From assembly GCF_036971445.1 (NCBI RefSeq), contig NC_091480.1, positions 15,066,001-15,130,000 on the forward strand: a DNA stretch of 64,000 nt, read 5' to 3'. Under the pieces are notes generated by a model, which saw only the letters and a program-made list of their open reading frames with translations, was not told the DNA's origin and ran no database searches. The position numbers were made by a program, and so were the translations under genes. Source of the stretch: Narcine bancroftii. Its lineage: Eukaryota. Of the stretch, positions 46,919 to 61,019 are shown one piece after another. Position 1 is the first letter of the stretch; each line of letters opens with the position of its first letter.

Positions 46919-48249
46919 ATCATTTTATATCCTTATAATTAATATTAAATATAATTAAAATTATACAAGTGTATTATATATTATCTATATTATGTAATTA
47001 TATTGATATTTTATATATTGAGTGTTTGTTTTGTGCTGACCTTTTCATCATTTGTTCGAACTCTTGTGGACATAGATCCAATGAAGGAGTTTCACCAGGT
47101 GGTGATGAGTTATCCAGTACTGTATTCAAGATTTATGATTCCTTTACTGTCATGTAATAGTACAGAACAGAATATGAAATGAAATTGCCGCCTTCCAGCC
47201 TTAAGGCAGACCAAGTCATCATTAGTGGTGCCCTTTACAGTAAGAGAAAGAGAAGCAAAAGAGAGTCCCTTCAGAGTAGCTGAGTATCTGTGGATTTTCT
47301 TCCAGTGCTCCTGCAGCCTCGGCCATCTGAGCTCCAAATCCAAACCTCCAACCCTATCAGGAGGCCTTCAGCACGTGAGGCCCTTCAGGAGTCATTGCCC
47401 TCAGCACCCTTTCAAATCTGGCTCCGATATCTCCTGACCACAAGTTGTCCACAGCCTGTATGGGTACCTCAGCCATTGAGCCTCTCACTGGTTTGCTGCC
47501 ATGGTCTCTTTCCTTGTACAGTTGTCTACTCTGCTGCTCCTTCTCAACCAAGGATGTTCTTCCCGTTTATGGTGTCCTGCGCCAGTTCACTGCTCCTTGG
47601 AGTCTTCAATCTCACAGGCACAGGCATCCCCATCATAGACACAGATCTCCACAGTTGCAGGATTTTACTTGCAAACATTGTCAGCTCCTTTAACAGGGCG
47701 TTTAGAGGCTGTATGGATCTGCTGCCATCAGGACTGCACTGGGACCATTATTTCCAAAAGAAGTGTTAGCCACGAGACATAAATGAGTAGGAATTTGTTC
47801 TATTGAGAGTTGTGAATCTTTGGAATCCTCGAACCCAACAAATCTGTGAATGCGAGGCACTCACAACTAACATAGATTTCTACAAGAGAACTGAGGATAA
47901 TGGCCAACACTGCCTCAAAGAGGAAGCCAATATCAGAAAGGACCCCAATCACTCTGGTCACAATCTCTTCTTGCTGCTCCTTTCATCCAATCTCTTGAAC
48001 CTCTCTGTACTATTCTAACCATAAACTAGTCTGGATGACCAAAAGATCTATTTCCAACATTAAAATATCACTTTTTTTCTTCTTGAACTAACTTCAGCTG
48101 TGAATATTTATCCTTTTATATTTATTGCCTCTTTTTCTGTCAGCATATTGTGGAAATGTAATGTGTGCTATTGCAATTAGTATGTCTGGTGTAGCTGTTT
48201 GGCTGCCACAAGCAAGAATTTCAGTGCATTACTCATTGCTTATTGAATA

Positions 48250-48757
48250 AGAATGTGGACTTGAAACCACAGATGACCAAATACGTTGTTGTTTAGGATG
48301 ATCCAAAACTTAAAATTTTCACCTTAAAATGGGTCGTCCTATACAAGGAGTCTAAAATTCTTGTCGATGAAATCACAACGCCGCCGCCATCTTCCTGTCT
48401 GCTCCAACGCAATCTCACACATGCCCTGTTTAGTTATTTGCAGAGTCTCAGCACTCCTCCGCAGGGTCCATCTGCCCAGTCTGACTGGTGTTGGCTTTGT
48501 GCAAGTTTTATAAACGGCCTGTTGCAGGAGCCGACAGTAGTTTATTTTAAAATATCCAAATAAAATTTAAACTTTTAAATGATCATTAAGATATTGTGAT
48601 TTGTTTTTAACAGCATCCACTGGTCAGCGGTGCTAGATTTTGGGGAGTTGGAGGGGGGGTCATCTTATTCAAAAAGTATCACTCAAAGCTAACATTTTAG
48701 GTGCAAATTCCAGGGTTGTTCTATACAGAGTTGTCCTATATAATGGCATATACGGTA
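48250..48757. mobile_element. Tc2/pogo-like non-autonomous DNA element (right end clear)
   Basis: Repeated GTCGTCCTATAC/GTTGTCCTATA motifs and terminus GGCATATACGG|TA. Confidence 0.5.
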
Positions 48758-50486
48758 GATCAGCCATACCATATTGGCCATTGTTACTGTTCTTTGGCAC
48801 AGATTATAAAAGTCCAATATGATTGGTCTCTGATCATCTTAAATTGATAATATTTTAATAGTAGGTTTACAGGAATTGTACTTTCAGTTTTGCTTTGAAG
48901 CAATATGATAATTTTCATTTACATAATTGAATTTTGAAAACTGAGTTTTTCCTGTCAATATTCTGTCCCACATCAGGCCCTCTGCCCCTCTCTACTTTCC
49001 TATCCAAGTACTTGTCTAAACATCTTATAAATGCTGAATACTATTTTCCTCTACCACTTCCTCTGCTTCATCATTCCTTACGAGCACCACATTCTATTTG
49101 GGAGAAAAAAATCTCCTCAAATACTTGGCTTTCTCTTCCCTCACCTTAAACATTTTCTCTCTAGTTTTGGACCTTTCAGGGAAAAGACTCTCACTATCTA
49201 CCTTATCTCTGCCTTTCATAATTTTATTATACACTCTATTAATCATCAGCCTTAAAGTATTATGAATTACCAGATTATCTAATTGGTATTAAATTCAATA
49301 TTAACAATTGTAATTAAATAATCAAAGCATGTAATCCTTAACAACCAAGTGAAATATATGGGAGATATGTGGTCAATAAACTGAAATTTCACTTTCAAAA
49401 TTAGCTGCTTTTCCCAGAATCAATCATTCTTTTTTTTTTAAACTAACATAGTGTTTGACTTAGATATAAGTGATATCTGCCTGCTGAACAGGCCCTTTCG
49501 TGCTAAAGGTTACAGTTTTGCAAGGTGTTGTTGGAGTATCATAGGTGAGAAAATGTGTATTTTATGAATAGTACATGAATAGTGAGGGAGTGTTTGTTAA
49601 GGAAGGTCATTGGGGTCCCAACTAAGGAGGCTGCTTTATCCTGAGAAGTGCTGAACTGCCTAAGAGTTGTTCGAGTATTTCATCATACTCCTGACGTATG
49701 CTTGTAGATAATGGAAAGATTGCAGGGTGCTACTTGCATGTTACCTAGCCTCTAACCTTTTCCTGTTGTCTCTGCTCCAATTGAGTTTCTAGCAAATACT
49801 GTCTCTTTCAGTGTTAATGCGGGGACTTGACAATGCTATTGCATTGAACGTCAAGGCGAGACTGTCTTGGGTGTCTATTAATTGGAAGTGTGCATTACTG
49901 CCCTCCCCTAATTGTCTTTATTAAGCCATTTCTGCTCACTATTTTTAAGACTCCATGACATGACTGAGTCAGGAGTCATGGTTATTTTAGCTGATATTTT
50001 GTATTCCAGATTTATTTAATGATGTAAATTTAAACATAAACTCTTGTTACTATTATTTCAATTACTAGTTCAGTTACTTATCTACTGCAACAGTCCTACA
50101 ATTGTTGATTATTATCAATAGAGAAGGCCAAAAACTTGCTCCATCTCCATTCTTCCCTTATGGCAGTGTAAATGTTAATCAGGAGATATGTGGCGTTCAA
50201 ACCTGCAACTGGAATAGTTTATTATTTCAGAATCAAATATAATGGATAATTTGACATTTTAATGCAAATGTTTAAAAGAAATTTCACACCATCGAAAACA
50301 CAAAATTTTATAATTCACATTGACATAAACCAAATATTGGGAAGGACAGAATTGGAAAGCTGCAAGATAGATTTATTACAATTGTTGATTTCTTCCTTTA
50401 AAGATTGTAATTTGCACTACAAAGTTTATTTAAGCATACTTATTTGGACTAGAATTTTCTAACTATTCAATGCACTTGTATTCCAG

Positions 50487-50654
50487 TTCTGTTGGATCTC
50501 CCTGTGCAAACATCTTCAGAGATTATGGGTTTTGGGCATGGATCATCATCTTCAGCCCATCACCTTCCTTTTAGATTCTATGACCAATCTCGCCGGGGTG
50601 TCAGCGATCCAACAGTTCAACGTTCAGTTTTTGCGTCTGTTGATAAGGTTCCAG
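50487..50654 (+). CDS. CLEC16A: CLEC16A coding exon (~exon 22)
   Basis: ccag|TT...CCAG|gtaatg; (V)LLDLPVQTSSEIMGFGHGSSSSAHHLPFRFYDQSRRGVSDPTVQRSVFASVDKVP. Confidence 0.96.
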
Positions 50655-51159
50655 GTAATGGTGAATATTTTCTCCTGAACTAAGTCTGTCATTTTAAACA
50701 TTGTGCAAAACATGGGTTAAATGTCATTCTTTGAGAAATAGCTTCATTACACAACGTAACTAACATGTTTAGTGCTTCAATGTATTCTCATAATAAATAA
50801 GAAGCTCTCTCTCGGACTACCCATTGCTATGAATTTGTTTTGTGGGTTTTTTAATTTGTATTTTCTGCATGAATAGTGTGAAAAGTTATATTCTCGGTTT
50901 GACCAAGGGCACCTGTTATATATAAGTCAGCAAATATAATTTAAAATTTCTGTCCATGACAACATCAAACTAGAAATAATTTGTTTGGCAACATTTATCT
51001 ATTATATGTAAATTTCTAATGAATTTTCCCATTAGTGATAGAGTTTGTATGAGCATTTTGAGTATAAGAATTTGGTTATTGGCAAACTTTGGCTATTTGA
51101 TTTAGATTTTCAGTTCACTTTAAATCCCTGAAACATGCAATATTATTGCTAATTAAGGA

Positions 51160-51455
51160 GATAGTATCCAGGTACTTATCAAATTGAAAGGGGAAAATTA
51201 TTAGGGGACTATGAGGGGAAATTTCTTCACGCAAAGGGTGGTAGGGGTGTGGAATAAGCTTCCTGCGGAGGTGGTTGAAGCAGGAATGTTATTTACATTT
51301 AAGGAAAGACTGTCTAATTACATGGAGGGGAGAGGATTGGAGGGGTATGGACCAGGTGCTGGTCAGTGGGACTAGGAGGGTGGGGATTTGTTTCAGCATG
51401 GACTAGTAGGGCCAAACTGGCCTGTTCTGTGCTGTATATGGTTATATGGTTAAAT
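51160..51455 (+). mobile_element. CR1 LINE 3' end
   Basis: TTCTTCACGCAAAGGGTGGTAGGGGTGTGGAATAAGCTTCC (FFTQRVVGVWNKLP) and tail GGCCTGTTCTGTGCTGTATATGGTTATATGGTT. Confidence 0.85.
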
Positions 51456-52589
51456 ACCAAAATTCCTTTTAATCGCATTGTCTTACTGCACATTTGTAAC
51501 TTCAGGACAACATCACCAAACCACATTAACTCATTTCTGTATGAGTGATTAGACTTGTAATTTCACGTTGCTTTGGGATTTTTACAATGGTTATTGTGTC
51601 ATGCTTATTATCTCCCACGATCCCACCCAAATCAAGTGATTATCAACTTTTACGCCGAGGTCCTCTTCCTACAATGTTGATCCTTCCAAGTATTGCCCTT
51701 TGTATAATAATATGTTTCTATGTAACAGCATGTCTTTTGCTGGTGAATCTTGCAAAAAAATTGTTTGACTGCATATGAGCATTTTTCTGCTAATTTTAGC
51801 TTCTAGACTCTCATGCATTTCTGTTTCTATTTCTTTGTAACAGATCTTACCAAGTAAAATGTTATATTTTATCACTGGCTGTTTCAATTGTTCATAAAGC
51901 ACTTTTTTTGATTGAGTGCAATACTTGCATTTCAGAAACTTAATTTTAATTCAGTGCTCCTCTGAGACCATATCCTCCTGACTTCCCATCTCCTACCCTT
52001 AATGCCAGACCAATGAAGACAAACACGCCACACACCCCTCCACCACCCCATCTACCATACGGTCACTCTAGGGAACCAGGCAGGTTAATTTTTTATTCTT
52101 TTTATCTATATCTAACTGCAAGATCCACTTTGCACATTGTCTTTGACTAATAGGCTTAGATTCTCATGAGCTGAGTCTCTTATTGGTTAAACACAAAAGA
52201 TCTGCAGACACCGTGGTTGAGGTAAGAACCACCCCACCCCTGCTCTCTTGTTTGGGTGCCTGCCAACATTTTCCATACCTTGTTGAAGGCCTGAAGCCCA
52301 AAACGTTGGTTGTGAAGGACACTGCTTCACCTGCTAAGTTTCTCCGGCTTTGTGTTTTTATTCTTATTTTACTTTCCCTTTCTTTATCAATTTATTAGTT
52401 GTCCTTGGCTGATTTCCAAAACACTTCCAATCCTTGGGCTTGTAGCTTTTTTCTGGTAATCTTGTGTGTTGACATTACATTTGCTTTGTCCTATTTTATC
52501 TTCTACTTTCAAGTACCCTGAAACCTCATCCTTAAAATTTCAAACAATGTCTTCACCATTTTCAGGGAACTTTGTACTTGTATCCCTAG

Positions 52590-54330
52590 GTCTCGCCTCC
52601 ACAGCATTCCCTGCTGCCTTGCCTATTCTGGTTTATCTTCTCAATGTGCATCACTTCACACTTGTAAAAATTAAGTTTCTTTGCCTGTTGATCTAGATTC
52701 TTTTGTAACTGTAGACAACTTTCTTCACTCTCCATTATTACCACCAATTTTGTATATTATCTGCACATCGGCATGGCATCGGAAACCTTGGCCAACTTGC
52801 ACAGATGTGTAGTGGAAAGTGTGCTGACGAGCTTCATCACTAAAAGTCCTGCAAAAGGCAGCCCAGTACATCACAGGCAAAATCCTCCCCACCATCGATA
52901 AAAATCCATGTGGAATGTTGCTGTTGGAGAGCAGCAGTAATCATCAAGGATCCACACCACCCAGGACACATTCTGTTCTTGCTGCTGCCATCCGGGAAGA
53001 GGTCCAGGTGCCACAAGACTCACACCACCGGGTTCAGGAACAGTTGCGACCTCTCCACCATCAGACTCCTCAACGACAAACTAAGAGACTCATTTAGGGA
53101 ATCTGACTTTGCACATCACCAATTATTTTCTGTATTTACACAGTCAAGTTGTTTACATTTCTCTCTTTGTACATACATATATTTTTCTTGAAGTAAGACA
53201 CCGTCTGCAGACACAGTGATTGAAGTAAAAACACAATGCTGGAGAAATTTAGCAGATTAAACAGTGTACTTTACATAGCAAAGATAAAGATACATGACCA
53301 ACATTTCAGGCTTGAGTTCTTCATCAAGGTATGAGCAAAATGTAGACAGGCATGGAATAAAATGGAAGGGGGTGGAGATCTGGAAGAAAGGAGACTGAGG
53401 GATAGGGAAGAGCGGGAGTTCGGGGAGTGGTCTAGCATAAACTGGAGAAATCTGTTAATGCCATAAGGTTGGAGAGTGCTCAGACGGAATACTAGGTGTT
53501 GCTCCTCCAATTTACAGGTTGCCCTGGTTTGGCAGGGCCTGAGGCCATGGACATACATGCGGGAGTGGGATGTAGAATTGAAACGGTTGGCCACTGGGAG
53601 ATCTCTGTCATTGATGTAGATGGGGCGGAAGTGCTCAGCAAAGCGATCTCCCAGTCTGCGTCCAGTTTCTCTGATGTTAAGATGGCCACGATGGGAGCAC
53701 CAGATGCAGTAGATGACTCGCAGATTCACAAGTGAAATGTTGCTTCACTTGGAAGGACTGCTTTGGGGCCTGAATGGTGATGAGGGAGGAGGTCATAATA
53801 GAAGGTGCCGAGGGAGCGACTACTGGAAGGGATGAATACTATTTACACTAGTGATAAGTAGAAATTCTGCCTGGCCCGCAAGAAAAAGAATCTCAGGATT
53901 GTATGTGGTGCCACGTATGTACCCTGATAATAAATTTGAACTCTAACTTGATACCATGTCAACAACATTTTCATCCAAATTATTAAAATGCATGATGAGC
54001 AACAAAAGACTCAGTACCAATTCCTGCTGCACACCTCTGGTCACAGCCCTCCACTACCAGCCTCTGACTCCTGTGATCTCATGATCCAAAGTTCTGTCAC
54101 AGCTATCATGTGAGACCTCATCAAAGACCTTGCTAAATCTACCACTGTGCTCTCAACAATCCTCTTGGTCACCTCATCAAAAAAAATCTTAAATCAGATC
54201 TGCAAGAGGCAATTTCTAACATGGAAAAACATGCTAACAATCCCAAATTAGTCCTTGCCTTTCCAAATGCAAGTAGAACCTGTCCCTCAGAATAACTTCT
54301 AGTAACTTTCCACTACTGATGTTACTTTTC
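52590..54330. mobile_element. Nested cluster: CR1 (-) interrupted by Rex1/Babar 3' end (+, ~52770-53940), itself interrupted by a Penelope fragment
   Basis: CR1 text breaks at ~52768 (ATTATCTGCACA) and resumes ~53945 (AACTTGATACCATG...TCATCCAAAT); Rex1 ORF 52910..53191 (IIKDPHHPGHILFLLLPSGKR) has its tail at 53830-53940. Confidence 0.65.
53195..53830 (-). mobile_element. Penelope-like element, GIY-YIG endonuclease fragment and pseudo-LTR
   Basis: ORF 53271..53729 VIYCIWCS.RG.LNIRETGRRLGDRFAEHFR...DLPVANRFNS...KLEEQHLVFRLSTLQPYGIN. Confidence 0.85.
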
Positions 54331-55547
54331 CACCTTGTTGTTGATGCAGTTTGCATGTAGATCTATTGCTTCGAAATTTATCCTTACAATATTTATTTGT
54401 ACTTTAACCCTATTTGCTTTCATTGCATGTTTAATTTGCCTAATGTATTTCTAACTTTTGTTTCTTTTTTTATTTTTTCTTCCGGCTCTGAGGTTGCCAT
54501 TTCTTAATGTTGTTTTTACCTTCCCCATAAAGCCTGAGCAAACATCACTGCGAGGGTGTTGGACCCAGTCCTGCTGAAGTATTAAAGTCTTAGAAATCTC
54601 AAACTCTCCCTGCTCTGATATCTCTCTCCCAGACATTCTGTAGACCATTTCATAAATATGTCAGCAAATTCTATTGGGAATAATCCTGAAATTACTGTCT
54701 TTTGAATACCTGCTATTTAAATTAATTCCTAGCTTCAGAAGATCTATTGCCAGTTCTGTCATTGATATTAATGCAGACCACAACTTCCATTTTCTCTGTT
54801 TCAGGATGCTCTTTAACCATTCATTATTAGCAAATCAGTGACCCGATTATCAGCAAAGTCCATTCTGAACTGTGGCATCATGTCAAAGCAATATCATTGC
54901 TCCTAATTCGCCAGACTCCATGTTCTCCGCTTTTCTTTTGAGGCATTCAGGTTCCGCTAGCAGAGTTGCATGGCATAAATTTACTGGTCGCTGAGAGTAA
55001 GAGGCTTCCCAATTATATGCTTCCCAGTCAAGTTTGTTTGTTTCCTCCCCGTACCTGAAATCAACCCAAAATTAAGTAAGCATGAGGCTCTTTCATGGGT
55101 TTTTACCACACATTGTAAATCTGGTCAAAATAATATGCCAACAGCCAAGGAAAATGTGTTACTGATGGGGTAATGATTTGAAGTCCAGTGCTAAAATGTA
55201 TCACGTGTGATTACCTTTTGTGATTTTTGAATGGATCCATCTGCAGTGAGAAATAGCAGTTTGGGGAAATGCTGTTGTCCTCTTTTAATTTTAATGAATT
55301 GTTGATAATTGCAAGCAACAATACCAAAGCAAACATCAATAATTCACATAATTGTGGATAAATTTAGTTGATCATAGCAAACCTTGACTTGGACAACAAA
55401 TGGAACTGAATTCACAGATGTACTGACCTAATTCAAACAGTTACAGCCTGGAAGAGTCCGTGTCATGAATTAAAAGGGATGTGTCATCATCAGTGCCACT
55501 TGTTTAAAGAAACCGTTTTTTTTTACTTTACCTATTTTCTGAATGAT

Positions 55548-55720
55548 GTGTAGACATGGAATAGTATTGACAACCATAAATAACTGGCGTTTCAGGCTTT
55601 AGCCCAAAAGGCCGGTTATGTATTTTTACCTAACGTGTAGACATGGAATAGTATTGACAACCATAAATAACTGACGTTTCAGGCTTTAGCCCAAAAGGCC
55701 GGTTATGTATTTTTACCTAA
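55548..55720. repeat. 87-bp tandem duplication
   Basis: GTGTAGACATGGAATAGTATTGACAACC...CCGGTTATGTATTTTTACCTAA at 55548 and 55635, one mismatch seen. Confidence 0.9.
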
Positions 55721-57244
55721 AGGTTTTGTATTTTTACCTAAAGGACACTGACCTGCTGAGTTTCTCCAGCATTGTATATTTACTTCAAAGTGTCTGCAGA
55801 TTTCTGTGCTTTACTATTGACAACTATCTATTGGTTGAGAAACTTTATTGTGCAAGATATTATGAAATCTTATCAATGCCTTTCCTTGAGAAAATCATTA
55901 ACATGGTTTAACGTCGGCACTAAAGTTTCCTTCCATCTGATGCAGACAACAGATCCAGGAAATAACACTTAAAATCTGCAGGAACAGTGGTGTCAGAAGA
56001 ATAAGATCACCTGTTTCAGTAATGTAAACAAGGAACAATTTGAAATCCTATCTCTTATCTGAAAGTCAGGCCAGATAAAAATAAATGTGAAAAACAATAG
56101 GAATATAGATATGAAAACTAATCCTAATCTATTACCTCTTGAAGTGAGAAACTGCATGAGGGAATCCAACCAGACATCTGCTGGAATTAACAAACAAGTG
56201 TTAAATGTTTATGATGCTTAGAAACAGTAAGTTTATAAAAATAATCTTAGAACTAAAATTTATTTAAAAGGTGTTGCTTTTTTTTGAAGTTTGCCATTTT
56301 CTTTGTCCCAGATCTGCAGGTCTAAAACTTGCAGGAAAATTATTGAGGTTTGAAATCCTGTCCAAAAGTTGATCATGGCACAGGATCAAGTAGTGACTCC
56401 CCATCATAATATTGGAAATCTAACCCTCTGGTCTAATACTTATGCTCATCCAAAACTGCTTCAATTTGAAAGGTGATGCCTCTTTTCAGAATCGCAAACG
56501 TGAATCACACATAGGTTTTTTTTACACAGAAATCCCATGATACTAGCTTAATGAAAACCCGCCAATAAGCCAGCATTGGTCATTCACACTGAAATGAACA
56601 AAGCCAGTATTTTTCCGGGTCGCTGGGTTTTTACACAGCAACCTGGCATTCTGCGAACAAAAGGGCAGGATATGTAACTCAACAGCATTGGCCTCTGTGT
56701 CCTAATACCACATTTGACCCACTTGTTTTTCCCAAAAGAATGGCTCAAAAATATTCCATGGTCTTGTATCCGAGATTGAAATTAGGGTGATAATGGTGAG
56801 TGACGCTAACAGTAAAGCTGTCAGTCCCCTCAATGGTCATTGTTGTGTTGAGAAAGTGTCAGGTCCGTGAGATCCGAGTCTGGACACAAGGGTTTGCCAT
56901 CAATTGTTACTTTTATTGACACAACAATTAATAGAAGAGTGTGGGAATAGAACATATACAAAATGTATATAAGAGTGTGAGGAAAAACAGATTTCAGTTT
57001 TTTAAAAATATTTTCTTTGATTTTCCAGTTATCAACATTATCTGCGTCAATGTTAACAGTATCAGCATTGACTCCAGTTTACAATTATCAGTTTTATACA
57101 GAGTTCAAGCTCTTTTTGCTCCCTCCCTCCCTACCCCCCACCCTCAACATTTAACACTTAACTAACCACAGTTACACACGACATTCAAGACACAACAAAG
57201 GTACAAGACATATATCAGGGTTTATAATGGGTTTGTTATCAGTC

Positions 57245-57822
57245 ATTTTTAAGGTACAATTAGAACCAGGCCCCTTAATTGCCCTATTTGGTGTTTCTCA
57301 CGAAGAGAAGATACTATTGACTTAATCTCAGAAGTGAATCTTAGCTTTTACCTCATTGATAGCTCAACGGGTAATTTCAATGAAATGGAAAGAGAGCACT
57401 GCACCTGCTCATATTCAAGGCATGTCTTTTCTCAGTTTAGAAAAAATTAGACCTATTGTTAAAGATGTAAAGATGAACTTTTTTTTTAATAAGACGTGGG
57501 GCCCATTCATGGATTATTACCATAATTTAAAGAATTCGGGTGTTTGGATGCTCCTGAGTACCGTGGTCTGGTTTCCAAATGTCGTCTTTGTTTCCTTGTT
57601 TTGGGGGGGTGGGGGAGGAATGGGAGGGTAAGGAGTTCTTTTTTTTTTCTTTTTGTTTTTTTAAATTTTCAGATATTTTGATAAAATGAGTAATCAAGAA
57701 TTTATACTATGTACATTTAAGGTTTTTTTTGGGAATTACAAATTATCTGTCTTGTATTTCAGCCCATGTATTGGATTAATATGTGTGTGTTTTTTATTAA
57801 ATTCAATAAAGATATTTTTAAA
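57245..57822 (+). mobile_element. 5'-truncated L1 3' end (third family, degenerate)
   Basis: PLIALFG...LAFTSLIAQRVISMKWKE...LEKIR...NKTWGPFMDY = L1 ORF2 C-terminus; G-rich/T-rich 3'UTR and AATAAA. Confidence 0.75.
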
Positions 57823-60800
57823 AGGAAAAATTAGCAAAATTTAATAAGACGTACACGCACAATGTATAAAGGAGCATGGGAAAATACACGCACAATTTAA
57901 TAAAACATTTGCTCAAAATTTATAAAAGAGTGTGGGAGAATCCACTGCAAGTATTGATTTATAGCAGTGGATTTTAAACTTTTTCTTTCCACTCACATAC
58001 CACATTAAGTAATCCCTTACTCATCACCATTGTCTATCGTTGGGGGCTGGTGGCGGGCTGTTGGGATGGAGAGGGGAGCAGGGCGATGGGTTTCAGACTG
58101 TTCAAACTGAGGACAAACCCACAGACTGATTTGTTCACAATCTGGCAGAACTCGTGTTAGGGTTAGGTTGCTCGTATGTGAGTAGAAGGATAGACATCCC
58201 AGTTATGTTCACTGGTCTCTTCTCTGAGGTTCTACATGACTATAAACTGCGACTTTTGGTTGGCCCATGCTTTCACTACCCTGTGCCTGTTTCTAGTTCT
58301 TAGCAAGATCAGTGTCTTACTTCCATTCCAGTACTTGTGCATCTTGATGTGTCCTGGGGTAAGTTTATTCTCTGTATAGTGGGTGACCTTATCTCCATGC
58401 GTTAGGGTTAGATGTGGGATTTGGGTTAGGGGCCAACAGCAACAGAGAGCAGGGAGCGAACCGCCAGGGCAGAGGGCCACGGGAGGGTGTGGGACAGCAG
58501 TATTATTAAAAAGATTTTTCCTGTTGTCTGACTTTCATTTTTTTCCAAGTTTTAAATGCTTACCTGATACATTTTTAAAAATTAAGGTGTCCATACACAT
58601 CCTGACCCAAATGGGTCCCAGAATGCCAGAAGCACCTTTTGCACTGCAGGTGTTCCAGGTATTTTACAAGGTCCCTTTGCAGACTGGTATGAACCCCCCC
58701 CCCCACAATTCTGTCTTGGTGCTTTTTACATAACAGACATTCTGGGGAAAAAGAAAATGTCCTGGAACAAAAGGGCTGTGTAAAAAGCTTAATAGTCGCC
58801 ATAATCTGACCCAAAGTTTTCAAAAGTGATGTCAGGAACAGAATGGAGAAAATGGATTGAAATTTTTAAAAAATATATAGGTGGACAATTAAATAGAATC
58901 ACAGCAAACACCATTCCACAAAATGTACTTCTTTTGCTTGTTGAAAAAATGGATTTACCTGATCCCCATACTTAAAATTTATGTCCATAACTTTAAATGA
59001 TTTTCATTCTTGAGAAGATGTATTTTAAAATTATTGCCAACAATGAATAGACGTTCATGTGCTGTGGTGCCTACCTCCCAAGAGTGGACAAAACATAAAC
59101 TTGCAGTGTTTTTACTATGGATGCGAGAGGTTTTACCTCTTATTTAGGAAACTGAGACTTAAGAAATGAGAAACCAACTGCTTGGTTCTCAAAATATAAA
59201 TGGGCTTAAGTTTTCAAAGTATGGCCAGGTAGTTTTTGACATGTACCAGACAACACTGAAATGCTTTTTCCCTTCATTGCTATTAACAGAAGTTTTCTTC
59301 AAGATTGTGAAAAGGGCAAAGGATGTACTTTAGGCAGAGATGATATCCAGACATAAATAAAACAATTTGAATCATCTCTGAACAAGATGGGACACTTTAA
59401 GTGGACTGGAGTCAACAACTTCAGTTAATCAGCTTTGAAATAGAAACCCCCTGCGCCCCCCCCCCCCCAATCATTTCTAAGTTTATTGAACTGTGAAAAC
59501 AATTCAGCAGGAACTAATGGATGAAACCTGCATTTTTCTGGAAACCATTTAACTGCAGTATTTGTTGGCCAGACTATCATGTGTGGTGAGAAGAAAGCTT
59601 TAGCTAACCTTTTGCCAAATGGTCCTGAGCAAATTAGATAATCCTGTGTGCTGAATTAGGACTTGTTCAACCTTAGCATAATTGACAGTATTTGGAAGGA
59701 TTCCAACTGAAGTGATTTACAAGCATTTACTATATTGATCTTTCTGGGCAAATCAGTTAAAATTTCCCTTAATACTTCAGGTTATCATGAATATTTTAAA
59801 TCATTATTTCTTTTCCCATATTATCTTGTTGTGTATGGTGCCAACTTAATGTTCATTTCCATATGGTAAACATAGATGTTAATTGCTTTGTTCTTACCTC
59901 TTATATGGAGCTGTCCAAAATGAGTATATAAAGATGTGCTTTTTCTAAAGAATGGTCATCAGCTTTGTCCAATCTGAAAATAATGGAAAGCCTCAGTAGC
60001 TAAGACAATAGAATGTGAATCAGTGGATGTTTCTTCCAGAGACATTATCTGGCCCATTGTAGATTTCCAGCAATTTTTTTTTTATTTCCAGCACATAATT
60101 ATTTGGCATCAACTTGCCATTTATTTTATTTTATCCATTTAGGTGACTAAAAATTGTATTTGGTATTTAAAGGCCGAACATCTCTTAAAATATTTATGTA
60201 CAGTAAATAAACTATGCTTGATGTCAGTAAGCAGATTAGTTCTGTGATGCAGATCTGCTGTATTATTTTATGAAAGGAAATTATGAAAATATAACCCTAG
60301 GGAAAATATTTTCATACCTCAGTAGCCTATTGATTTCTTAGTATGTTACTGGGTTCTCTTTAAGGTAAGCAACTGAAGTTAAAAGGCAATTCTTAAAAAT
60401 TGTTTCCAAATTTTTGAAATTTGTTTTTACACTTTAAATTCTGTGTTCCTCTTCGAAGAGCCTGAAGCTTGGGCTTCTTGTCCATTAATGAATTTATCCA
60501 AATAGATTTGTCGTAGAAATTAGTGGTAGCATTGCAAAGTGGAATTAGTATAATTTTACAATCCCAGAATATAACACTGTTTTCTAACTAAACATTATAT
60601 GATTAAATCAGTAATGCTCATCTCATGGTGGGCACATTTTCAGGAGGACTGACAAAATGGGTAAAGAAATTAAGGTTCTAAGGCTGAGCATAATGAACTT
60701 CCTGAATCAGGAAATTCAATTGTACATTGCTTTTGATTCCAGCAGTACATAATTAATTTTTTTTGGGTGGTTGTGTGACACTCATGGGAAGGGGGAGCAA

Positions 60801-61019
60801 AATAATGACCATTTCCAGATTGTTTTGTTTCTTGGAAAATTCAAATGGTCACTTTCTGTTGTAAGTCACCTTTGTGATCCCCAGTGCAGTTTACCGCATT
60901 CAGGCCAGGTAAAACATTATCATTCCTTTTTGGAGCATTTCAGGGGAATTTGGATCAGGTTGTCCCAAGGGTGCTTCTCATTGGGTATTTTCAGGACAAC
61001 AAAGTTTAACTCTCACAGT

